A DNA stretch of 20,000 nt from Ancylonema sp. (Eukaryota): positions 56,294 through 76,293 of the forward strand of contig JBFLGF010000100.1 of assembly GCA_050230475.1 (NCBI GenBank), in the 5' to 3' direction. Within the stretch, counting starts at the first letter, position 1. Each line of letters opens with the position of its first letter. Below are positions 10,965 to 20,000 of this stretch, one piece after another. Position numbers and translations under genes: made by a program. The notes under the pieces were generated by a model. The model was not told where the DNA came from. It ran no database searches and worked only from the letters and a program-made list of their open reading frames with translations.

Positions 10965-11155
10965 ATAAATTAATAAGGAAAACACCTGGCGCATCTATTT
11001 TTTGGATCATTTTTATTAATTAAAATTTGCCTGACGCACACTCTTGGCGCGTACTAATTAATTCAAATTTGGCTGGCGCAACTGTTTGGAGCCTACTATT
11101 AATAATTAATTTCCCGATTTGTTGGCGCGTTATCTCTGACTGGTACGGTATTCTC

Positions 11156-11553
11156 CCCCTACCGCTTTTCCTACCGATTTTGGATTCAGTCCGGCTGGGC
11201 ATCAGTCGGGGGTAGGGCGGCGATAGGCAGTAGAGAAATCGGTAGGGGCACGGTAGGGAGCGGTAGGAAATGGTAGGGAATTTTTTTTCCAGCGTAAGGT
11301 CAAAGATATTATTTGCGACCGAAAAAAAAAAGTACCGGAAATATTCGATTCCCTTCTGTTCCCTACCGTTCCTTACCGATCCCTACCGTTCCCTACCGTT
11401 TCCTACCGTTCCCTACCGATTATTTCCTACCGCCCTACCCCCTACCGAGCCCACCGCGATTGGGCTAATTTCCCTACCCCCTACTGCATATTTGACCATC
11501 GGTAGCTACCGCGGGAGCTACCGCGGTCAAACGGTAGGGAGTAGGGCGGTAGA
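11156..11553. repeat. hAT subterminal repeat array, CCTACCG / CGGTAGG, in both orientations
   Basis: cggtaggg repeats at ~11240-11278 face ccctaccg(tt) 10-bp tandem units at ~11361-11447, and recur at 11531-11553. Confidence 0.85.
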
Positions 11554-11573
11554 GCGGTGTCGCCAACCCGATA

Positions 11574-11661
11574 TGGGCCTGGCGATTGACAAATGCGTAC
11601 TATACACGCAACCCTGTGTAACGGCATACTTCTTATTGGCCCGGGCGGGCCGGGTTGGGCT
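11574..11661. promoter_or_regulatory. Cluster of site II-like motifs (TGGGCY), probably the displaced distal part of the CCX promoter
   Basis: tgggcc at 11574-11579, ggccc/gggcc at 11638-11651 and tgggct at 11656-11661. This sequence abuts 8725 once the hAT element is removed. Function is inferred only. Confidence 0.35.
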
Positions 11662-12028
11662 AGTGTTAACCGGATGGGTTTTCGCGAGCGAGTCCCGAAG
11701 AGTCCGCTAGCGGACACGTTCGCGATGTCTGGATCCTCATACAATGCTCCCTCGATATAAGGACAAAAATAACTTTAAAAAAATGTCATTATATCGAGGT
11801 GTTCTTATACACTGTATAAGACCATTCACTACTGGATTTCAAAATATGTGTCCTTGTCTCGAGGGACTTCGTAAATGAAGCGAAATAAGTAAGAAAATGT
11901 GTTGTTCACATGTTGCCTAGAGTAAGTTGCCTTGGCATCATCATCAAATTCAGCGTGGGTGTTGTGATGCAAGCTATACACGTCCGTTATGAGACCAATA
12001 CATTGCGACTAGCAAAACATGTTTTACC

Positions 12029-12481
12029 TGTTAGAATATTTTGGATAGCCATATGTTATGCGTGCTAGTCCAGTTGTGACCGGTTACTCTAACCGGGAGC
12101 TATATTCTAGATGTGCCTGTATGCGGGGCCGTGCAAGTTTGTGCCCGGGCACCTGACATGTTTCAGACGCTTAGAGACGTTATATGGTCGAAGCGTCGTG
12201 ACTGGCTAGTTTAGTCGTGTCAGAAATGTCCGGCATGTGCCGTTGACATGTAGAAGAGCTGTCAGTCACTGATAGGCCGACGGTCAATTGTGCCGACCGT
12301 CGGCACGCAACAATCTGTAAAGCGCATCGGGTATTACCATCCCCGATGCAATCACACAAAATATAATAATTTCGTTCCACACACAACTCTGTCTCGTTGA
12401 TCATCAGTGAAAAGAGATCCTTTGCGTACGTTCGTTTTGTCGCCCACCTAATTATTCCGGCAAGTCTAATCACTCATTATA
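12029..12481 (+). repeat. 5' LTR
   Basis: Starts tgttagaatatt, is colinear with 18207-18665, and ends ...cactcattata (the end could be 12483). Confidence 0.92.
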
Positions 12482-12486
12482 CAAGT

Positions 12487-12500
12487 GGTTATGGGCCCAC
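12487..12500 (+). promoter_or_regulatory. Primer-binding site complementary to the anticodon arm of initiator tRNA-Met (half-tRNA primer)
   Basis: ggttatgggcccac is the reverse complement of GTGGGCCCATAACC in plant tRNA-iMet. The usual TGGTATCAGAGC PBS is absent. Confidence 0.9.
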
Positions 12501-12743
12501 GTGCGGTCTAGTTCAGACGCCGTGTAGGTTAAAAACTAAAGGCTCCACGCAATTTCGCTGCGGTAATCTCTGTGAACGGTATATACTACCAGTGAGCGCA
12601 AATATATTCGTGGTTGTTAAGGTCTGCACGTAATTCTGATATTGCGCTGCAAGTTTTTGAGCTGAGTGCTGCAGTGCAGGAAGTGCACTGAGAACTCGAG
12701 CTGTGCGATCATTTTTGTAAAGTCCTACACAATAGCTGCCATA

Positions 12744-15700
12744 ATGTCGGATAGGTCGCAAATCCCTCAATTTACTGGAGCTGATTATACAGGATGGGCC
12801 TTCAAGGTCAAATATGGGCTGGCGGATCAGAAACTGCACCGGTTGGTGATGGATTGGGACAGTTTGCCGCGACAGTGTCGCCCAGACGTAATCCTTCCAT
12901 TGACACCTGATAACGAGCTGCAATTTGCCGCCAGGGGGATCGACGTGGATGTCGAAGTGTTGGTGCGACAACAGCAGATTTCCCAGCAGCTGCTGGAGCT
13001 GGAGAAATGGGACGAAGATAATCTGGCTGCTATGTCTTATATTGTGAAGCACCTGGGGATCGGAGCTGCACGTCACTGACTGCACGACAGCTGCCGGGGC
13101 TCTGCGGACATTCTACCAGGTGCAGGGTGCGATCGAGATCGCAAATACAGAGGCATTGCTGAGCGCTATCATTCAGACGGAGGCAGAGGGCAGAGGACCT
13201 CAACGTGTACGTGAAGCGGCAGCAGCTGCATCAGGACCTTAAGAATTTGGGGGCGGCGCCAGTATCTCCGACGAAGCAGGCGGGCGATTAATCTGCTAAA
13301 TTCGTTGAACACCATTACAGTCCGATGGTTTCAACGCTGATGCCGTGGTCAGTCGTCGCCACACCTCGTTTCACGATTCCACACATCGTGAGTGCGCTGC
13401 TTCGCGACGACGTGCGGAAAGAGCTGAACGATCGAAAAAGGGGGGCGCTGCCCGGAGGACACCAGGCGCATTATGGCGGACCTCGGGGGGGGAATGGAGC
13501 TGGAGGTAGCAGCAGATCTGGTGGTGCGACTGGAGCTGGTCGCAGAGACGCTGCAGGCGTCGAATGCTTCCGGCTGCACAAATTCGGGCACATCAGAGCG
13601 AACTGCCCTTCACCAGCATCTGGCGGAGGCCATGCGGGGCCATGGAAATGTCACAGGTGCCACCAGGCAGGCCACCGAGCTGCTCAGTGCCCTGCGCCAT
13701 CACCAGCAGCTGGAAATGTTGCGCACGCTACTCAGGGAAGTTCAGGGGGGAGGCAGAAGTGCAGATATTTTGTAGGGCACGGTCACACAATTGAACATTG
13801 CAGAAAAAGAACATCTGACATGGCTTTAATGAACCCAGAGGCTGCTAGGAGGGCTGATGCACAAGCTAGACTTGCTCGCTTTGCTGACAAACCCTTCAAC
13901 GCTAATGTGGATTATTTAGCTTTCGGTGCTTTCTCGTTCAATGTTGCCCGGGCACTGTGTGCTGGTCCTCACTCAGACTCCTTGATCCTGGATTCAGGTG
14001 CTACCGACCACATTTTCACTGCACGTGAACACTTTGTGGAGTACACACCTACCCTGAGCACGCAGCAGGCCTTCATCACCACCACTGCTGACGGCTCGTC
14101 ACACAAGGTGGAGGGCACTGGTTTCGTGGTGAGGAATGGCGACGCTTTCTTTGTGCAGCCACTCAGCTCGATTCACGTCCCAACCTTTGCCTTCACCCTC
14201 GTGTCGACATCGTGCCTCGTCAGAAGAGGTGGGCTGAGCTTTCTACAGCTGCCCACGGGTCCACAATTAAAAAAGGGAAATGTGAAATGGGCTGATGTGC
14301 TGCAGCAGCCTAGTGGTCTGACTCTGCTTGCTGCCACAATCGTTATGCCTGGATCTCATGATACTACAGCGAATTTGTCCACAGGCATGGTCTGGCATCA
14401 CAAATTGGGTCACCCCAGTTCTGATGTGATGTCAGATTTCGCCAGACGTGGGGACATCCCAGAGTTAAGTCAGGGGGAATTAACTGAAGTTAAGGGATGT
14501 CAGGTTTGCTGTCAGGGGAAGATGACTCAGCTCAGTCATGCTAAGGTCAGTGCGGATCTGGGAACATGCCCCAAGATGGGTCGCATCCACCTGGATCTCA
14601 TTGGACCACTGTCTGTCAGGTCAGCTAACGGAGGGTATACATATGCTCAGACAGGGATAGAGGTATCCACACGTCTGTCATTTGTGAGCTTGTTAAAAAC
14701 AAAGGATGAAGCACTGAACCGAGCAAGAGTCACTATACAATTGCTCGAGGTCTAGTCAGGTCTGCCCCTACAGTCTATACGGACAGATAAGGGAGGGGAG
14801 TATATGTCTCAGGACTGGATAAACTACTGTGGGGGGAAGGGTATTGATAAGCAAACCACAGAAGCATATAGTCCTGAACAAAACGGAATCTGTGAAAGAC
14901 TGATGAATAGAACATTGACAGAAAAAATGCGATGCATAATCTGGTCAGGTCTACCGAAGTCGTATTGGGACGTGGCATTGTTACATGCAAACTGGTTGAG
15001 GAATAGAACACCCACTAAGTCGCTTTCTGGGAAAATTCCAATTGAGGTCTGGGAGGGAAAGAAAATGACAGTTACTAAAAGTCATAATTTCGGGTGTCTG
15101 GTCCAATATCTGAAGGTTGGGGGGGGAAAGAACAGTCAAGGGGACAAGTTTGCCCCTCGTACTTGCTTTGGTGTGTTTCTGGGGATGGCTGCGGGGAGTG
15201 CAGGCTACAATGTTTGCGATCCCCATAGAGCTGGGGTGATATCACGCATGGACGTGAGGAGGTGCCGGGGTACCTACCCGAAGCTGATGGGGGGGAGAGC
15301 TCCCCATGTACAGGAGGCAGCAGAAAAACACATTTTCTACCTTTTCCCCGACCCTGAAGATGAACCAGCTGCAGCAGTTGTGCCAGCAGAAGCAGTCCAC
15401 CCCAACATGCCAGCAGCAGCAGTCCACCCCACCACCAACATGCCAGCAGCAGCAGTTCTGCAAGCAACCGATGCCAGCAGTTCTGCAGCCAATCCCAGCA
15501 CCAGCAGAAGCAGCAGTCCCTGAGCCAGCAGCTGCCATCGACTATCCGCACGACAACTTCCAGCAGCAGCAGCCACAAGCTGCTGAGGTCCCTAACGCCA
15601 CGATTGTGCTGTCTGACAGCCAATCAGGGATCAACAACGCAGGAGGTGGAGATGCAGGGGAGGAGGAGGTGGGAGGGGGTGCGAACCCAGAAGTGGGGGA

Positions 15701-17483
15701 GCCTGGCAGCGTAGCTGATCGGGTGATGGCTAGAAGGCGACGAGCCAACTTTGCAGAGTCTGGGGATCTCATGTGATGTGATGGGGAGGAGTTTGATGAC
15801 GCAGCACACGCCAACTACTCAGCGACTGAGTGGGAGCCCAGCAGTTTCTACACTTGGCTTCAACGGTCCTGTGGATCCGGGCTACGCGTGCGTAAGCAAT
15901 CTAACAGCAACTCCTCCGAGCCACTCACCCTCAACCATGCGATGATGAGGCCAGACTGGGACCAGTGGGACAAGGCCATTGTGGAAGAGCGTTAGCAGCC
16001 CTGGAGACCGTTCAACAACCTTTGAGGTGTGTTGTGCTTCCTCCAGGTAAAAAGGCTGTGGGGTGCAGATATGTGTTTAAGGTCAAAACAAACACCACAG
16101 GGGGATATTGAAAGATATAAAAGTCAGACTGGTCGCACAGGGATTCTTACAGCAAGAGGGTTTGATTTATAATGAAGTATTTGCACCAGTAATCGACAGT
16201 ACATCTATCACCCTACTCCTCTCTATAGCAAACCAATATGACTGGGAACTGGAACAGATGGACGTAATCACAGCGTTCCTGCATGGACGTCTGGAGAAGA
16301 AGTTTACATGAAAATACCCCACGGATGCATATCAATAGGGGTGCTGAGGGAAAGGTCTTACGACTGAAGGGAGCTTTATACGGTCTAAAGCAGAGTAGCC
16401 ACGTATGGCAGGAAATGTTAAAATTTATGATATCTGAAGGATTTAAACAGTGCGTAATGGACACATGTATATATATGAGGGGGGAAGCAGACAGCAGAAT
16501 CATACTGGGTATACATGTAGATGATCAGGTGATCACAGGTCCTAACGCAATGGTCGTCAACTTTTAAAGAAGATATGGGTAAAGTTCAAAGTCAAGGATC
16601 TGGGTCCCCTAACCCATATCCTGGGGGTGGAAGTGAAGAGGGATAGACAGAGAAGCCTGCTCACACTGGGACAGTCAGGTTTCTTAAGGGGAGTGCTCGA
16701 ACGCTATGGGATGCAGGAGTGTAATCCAACCAAACTCCCCCTCGCCCCTGGAACTCAGTTTACACAGAATGATGAACCAACTCTTCCCCCTACCCCTGAA
16801 GAAATAACAGACTTTTCGTTTCTTCGAGGGAGAAAGTGGGATCTCTCATATATGCCATGAAACAAAAACCAACTGGACATCGGGTATGCACTTGGGGTAC
16901 AGGCAAAACACATGGGAAATCCTGGGGTGGCACACATAAGGGCTCTACATCAACTATTCAGATACTTCATAAAGGGACTGTCAACCACGGACTGACGTTT
17001 GTGGGAAAGGACATTTTTGAAGTAAAGGGTTACTGCGATGCATCATGGAACAGTTGTAAGCATGACAGGGAAGTCAGTCACAGGATGGGTAACCACGGTT
17101 GGGGGGACAGCACTGGAGTTGGAAGAGTCACAGAAACAGTCAACTGTTGCACAGAGCACTTGAGGCTGAGTATATTGCTGCCTGGTAGTGTGTCTAAAGA
17201 ATGCTGTTATCTAAAGTCTCTCTTGAAAGAACTCCTCAAATCCACACCAAATCACAATCCACACTGATTCAACCTCAGCTCTCTCCATGATCCAGAATCC
17301 TGTGCAAAGACAGAAAGCAAAACATTTTAATGTGTATATCACTGGGTACGGGAATGCCACAGCACGGGGAGACTAAAATATGTGTATCTTGCAGGCGCAA
17401 ATCAACCAGAAGATATGCTAACTAAAGCTCTACCCCAAGTTTTACTGGACAGACACAGCAAAAGTCTAGGTTTTGGACGGTGA
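12744..17483 (+). pseudogene. gag-pol: Disrupted gag-pol polyprotein
   Basis: Gag MSDRSQIPQFTGADYTGWAFKV; knuckle CHRCHQAGHRAAQC; protease LILDSGATDH; integrase zinc finger WHHKLGHPS...CQVC; DDE core IHLDLIGP / RTDKGGEY / EQNGICER; RT RLVAQGFLQ...EVFAPV, MDVITAFLHG, LYGLKQS, IHVDD; RNase H GYCDASW, EAEY, EDMLTKAL, stop TGA at 17481-17483. In-frame TAG at 14753-14755 and many frameshifts. Confidence 0.95.
15366..15480 (+). repeat. Coding minisatellite in the integrase-RT linker
   Basis: Imperfect ~27-33-bp units ccagcag(c/a)agcagtccacccc(acca)(cc)aacatg, encoding PAEAVHPNM / PAAAVHPTTNM / PAAAVL. Confidence 0.75.
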
Positions 17484-18193
17484 TACTGAACTGGGGGTGT
17501 CAGTACTTTTCTTTTATTTTTATGATCGAAGGTTTCGAATGCCATGCATGTTGGCAGTGGGTGTGTTGTTATGTTTCTTTTCAGGCAGAAGTAATGGGGA
17601 GGGTACACCAACTTCAGCTCATCCAGCTAAGTCACAACTCTCACCTTAATACCTTGAAAAGACACTTGAAAACGCTTAAGGACACTTTTAAAATCAGAAA
17701 GTGTGAATCTGCTCAACTTTATACTTGTCAGTTTGTTCTGAATTTTCGTATGTATGTCCTAATCAATTGTTGCAAAACTTGTGTCCAAAAGTTGGGTGCT
17801 GATAAGGACTGGTAATTTTGAAGTTAATGCTGTTTTGAGATTTTTCTGAGGAAAGTGTAAAGTTTCAGTTCAGAATCGTAAAGTTGAAAAAGTTAAAGAA
17901 ATCAAAAATATTTTCATAAGTTTTTTTGTTTTTCGCCTAACTTGTGGTATTTGTTTTGTATGTTCAGCTCCGGCCCGAAAAACGACTAAGTCTGGAGCGA
18001 TCGTCTTCTGGAGTTCGATCGGCTTCCGATCGTCTTCCGATCGTCTTCCGAACGGCTGCATTTATTGATAGAACCCCTAGCACCTTGTATGCTAGGGAAG
18101 ACCAAAACTGTTTTATATGTTATGCGATGGTTCTTCCATTTTTGGCAATGACTTGGGTACTCCTTTTGATGTCTGCATCTATGCCAACTTTAT

Positions 18194-18204
18194 GGCAGGG
18201 GGGG
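18194..18204 (+). promoter_or_regulatory. Polypurine tract
   Basis: ggcaggggggg, 2 nt upstream of the 3' LTR. Confidence 0.85.
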
Positions 18205-18206
18205 TG

Positions 18207-18665
18207 TGTTAGAATATTGGATATAGAGCCATATGTTATGCGTGTTGCTAGTCCAGTTGTGACCGGTTGCTCTAACCGGGAGCAATATTCTAGATGTGCC
18301 TGTATGCGGGGCCGGGCAAGTTTGTGCCCGGGCACCTGATATGTTTCCGACGCATAGAGACGTTATTTGTTTGAAGCGTCGTGACTGGCTAGTTTAGTCG
18401 TGTCAGAAATGTCCGGCATGTGCCGTTGACATGTAGAAGAGCTGTCAGTCAATATAGGCCGACGGTCAATTGTGCCGACCGTCGGCACGCAATCTGTAAA
18501 GCGCATCGGGACCATCCCCGATGCAATCACAAATATTATAATTTCGTTCCACACACCAACTCCTGTCTCGTTGATGATCATCATAGAGATCTTTTGCGTA
18601 CGGTTCGTTTTGTCGCCCACCTATTATTCCGGCAAGTCTAATCACTAATCACTCAAAAGCTTATA
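18207..18665 (+). repeat. 3' LTR
   Basis: tgttagaatattgg...cactcaaaagcttata, followed directly by the TSD ttacc. Confidence 0.93.
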
Positions 18666-19365
18666 TTACCAACTTTGCGAAGAGAGTTAGGGAGTGTCAA
18701 GATCGAACTAAGCAACAAAGTCCTTGCATATATTGTTGGACATAGAGTAAACTCTATGGTCATGAACAACATGGACAATTGTTGAAAGGCAAGACAAACC
18801 ACTAATTATCGTGACAAGAACTACACTAGTACTAATTTGTGGACCGCAAACAAAATACTCAAACCTTGTACATTTCAACAAAACAGATTTATTCAAGTCC
18901 TTATGTATATTTTCATGAAGAAATAGATTCAAAGATTGTCACCAATAACTTTCAATATGGCATGACAAACGGATTCAAATACGGACACAAATCTACATGA
19001 TTCGACACTAACTAGCATGTCAGAAACGTTAAATAATTACACCCATAGTTTTCATCACTTGCATCGTCGTTATTTTGTAATTTTTGGATTATGTATTTTT
19101 TCCCGGTTTCCATACATTGTTATATGCGATAAACAACGTTATATACACTGTATGAGGACATCATAAAAAAAAATTCTGAACTAAAGTTGTATTTATATAG
19201 TGTGTCGTTATGCTTATATCGAGGGCGATATTGTATTGATTTTTAAAAAGTTCAAAAAATATATCCTTATATCGAAGTTGTCCGTATAAAGAGGGTCCTT
19301 ACATCGAGGGAGCGCTCTAGTGTACGTACCGCCGTTCAACAACTAGAAGGAAAATTAGTGTGTTA

Positions 19366-19426
19366 GGCACCGTAAATGAATTATAAATAGTGGTTGAAAC
19401 TCGAGAGTAATCATTCAAAATTATTA
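19366..19426 (+). mobile_element. Degenerate fragment of the 9460-9717 MITE family
   Basis: ggcaccgtaaatgaattataaatagtggttgaaactcgagagtaatcatt aligns with ggcaccgtaaataatttttaattgattattgaaacccgaaagtaatcatt at 9468. Confidence 0.6.
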
Positions 19427-19922
19427 CGAGAGATTTTAGGTAGGGTGGCGAGAGCCGTGGTCGGAAGGCTACAAGAGTATCTAAAATATTTCCTTGTGTT
19501 CACCCATAAGTATGGGCGGGGAAAGTAGATACGGCTCGAGTAGAAGTCGAGCCCTCACCTACGGCATATTGACCTTCTCGTATACGGCCGAATCTCAAAA
19601 CTATACTTTACTAGACTAAGCGAAATGACCTACAATTTTCTCGGCAACGTGGTCGTCGAATACACCAAACCGCAATATTCCAAATCCCGGCCTACGTCCC
19701 GAAGACCGGAGTCATCCTCGTGTGCGTCGTTACCAACATATACGTTTGGTCATCTCGGCGGGGATAGGTTGGGTAGTTGTAACGCATAAGAGGTCTTTGA
19801 CATGTCGCGTAACAATACGATAATATTTCAGAGCTTGATTTCACAATCACAATTTGATTCAACTCTAGGGACCTATCGTGGGTTAAATGAAATACCAGAA
19901 CGAAAAAAACGAGTAGAGCAAC

Positions 19923-20000
19923 TAGGGTTGTGAATTTTACATTTACGTTTATTTTTACATTACGTAATACGTCAATTTCCGTTTTTTACGGTAATCTTAC
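19923..20000 (+). mobile_element. Left end of a hAT-like element running off the window
   Basis: tagggttgtgaattttac..., the same terminus family as 4740. Confidence 0.5.

Larger units (their letters stand above)
8780..11148. mobile_element. Non-autonomous Tc1/mariner-type element (~594 bp once inserts are removed)
   Basis: 25-bp TIRs with 1 mismatch: ccgtaccagccagagataacgcgcc and ggcgcgttatctctgactggtacgg. TA flanks at 8778-8779 and 11149-11150. Internal direct repeat tttgcctg(g/a)cgcac...ttggcgcgtactaa at ~8821 and ~11026. Confidence 0.88.
8726..11571. mobile_element. Non-autonomous hAT element (outermost layer of the nest; ~475 bp once inserts are removed)
   Basis: 18-bp TIRs with 2 mismatches: tagggttggtgacaccgc (8726-8743) and gcggtgtcgccaacccga (11554-11571). 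8-bp TSD catgggcc (8718-8725) / tatgggcc (11572-11579). Many subterminal CCTACCG/CGGTAGG repeats on both sides of the inserts. Confidence 0.85.
12029..18665 (+). mobile_element. Full-length Ty1/Copia LTR retrotransposon, half-tRNA-iMet-primed (Bryco/Osser/Bianca-type priming)
   Basis: Two ~455-bp LTRs, 5-bp TSD ttacc (12024-12028 and 18666-18670), PBS, PPT, and domain order gag-PR-INT-RT-RH. Confidence 0.97.
11742..19317. mobile_element. pogo/Tigger-like non-autonomous element interrupted by the Copia retrotransposon
   Basis: TA-caatgctccctcgatataaggac at the left and gtccttacatcgagggagcgctc-TA at the right. The inner 19 bp match with 1 mismatch and the outer 4 bp are degenerate. Recurrent subterminal cttatatcgagg motifs at both ends. 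Confidence 0.65.

Noticed and set aside
11156..11553. Repeat array or ORF 11270-11710 as a CRISPR-like array or repeat protein
   Set aside because: The units are 7-10 bp with no unique spacers and occur in both orientations. They are hAT subterminal repeats in a eukaryotic context.
14753..14755. In-frame TAG as programmed read-through
   Set aside because: It lies in the middle of the integrase core, not at a gag/pol or pol/env boundary. A CAG>TAG mutation is simpler.
17480..18339. ORFs 17480-17815 and 17944-18339 as an env-like extra gene
   Set aside because: They have non-ATG starts, are short and compositionally T-rich, one runs into the LTR, and neither has convincing homology.
12180..18641. 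Similar ORFs at 12180-12473 and 18363-18620 as duplicated genes
   Set aside because: They are translations of the two LTRs, and their frames are not conserved between copies.

Overview
Eukaryotic land-plant genomic DNA, probably a bryophyte (inferred from short introns and a half-tRNA-primed Copia). The left half has two spliced minus-strand genes: a DUF2921-family protein whose 3' end runs off the window (~241-4243), and a complete 4-exon cation/calcium exchanger, CCX (5637-8561). About 165 bp upstream of the CCX start codon is a 2.85-kb nest of six non-autonomous DNA transposons, four levels deep (hAT > Tc1/mariner > MULE > hAT and mariner, plus a second MULE). Each is delimited by its own TIRs and TSD. 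Next is a full-length but frameshifted Ty1/Copia LTR retrotransposon (12029-18665), itself probably inside a pogo/Tigger-like MITE. It has a TTACC TSD, TG...TA ends, a primer-binding site for the 5' half of tRNA-iMet and three gag zinc knuckles. I see no evidence of a wholly new biological system. The most unusual items are the promoter-proximal transposon nest and the non-canonical Copia signals.
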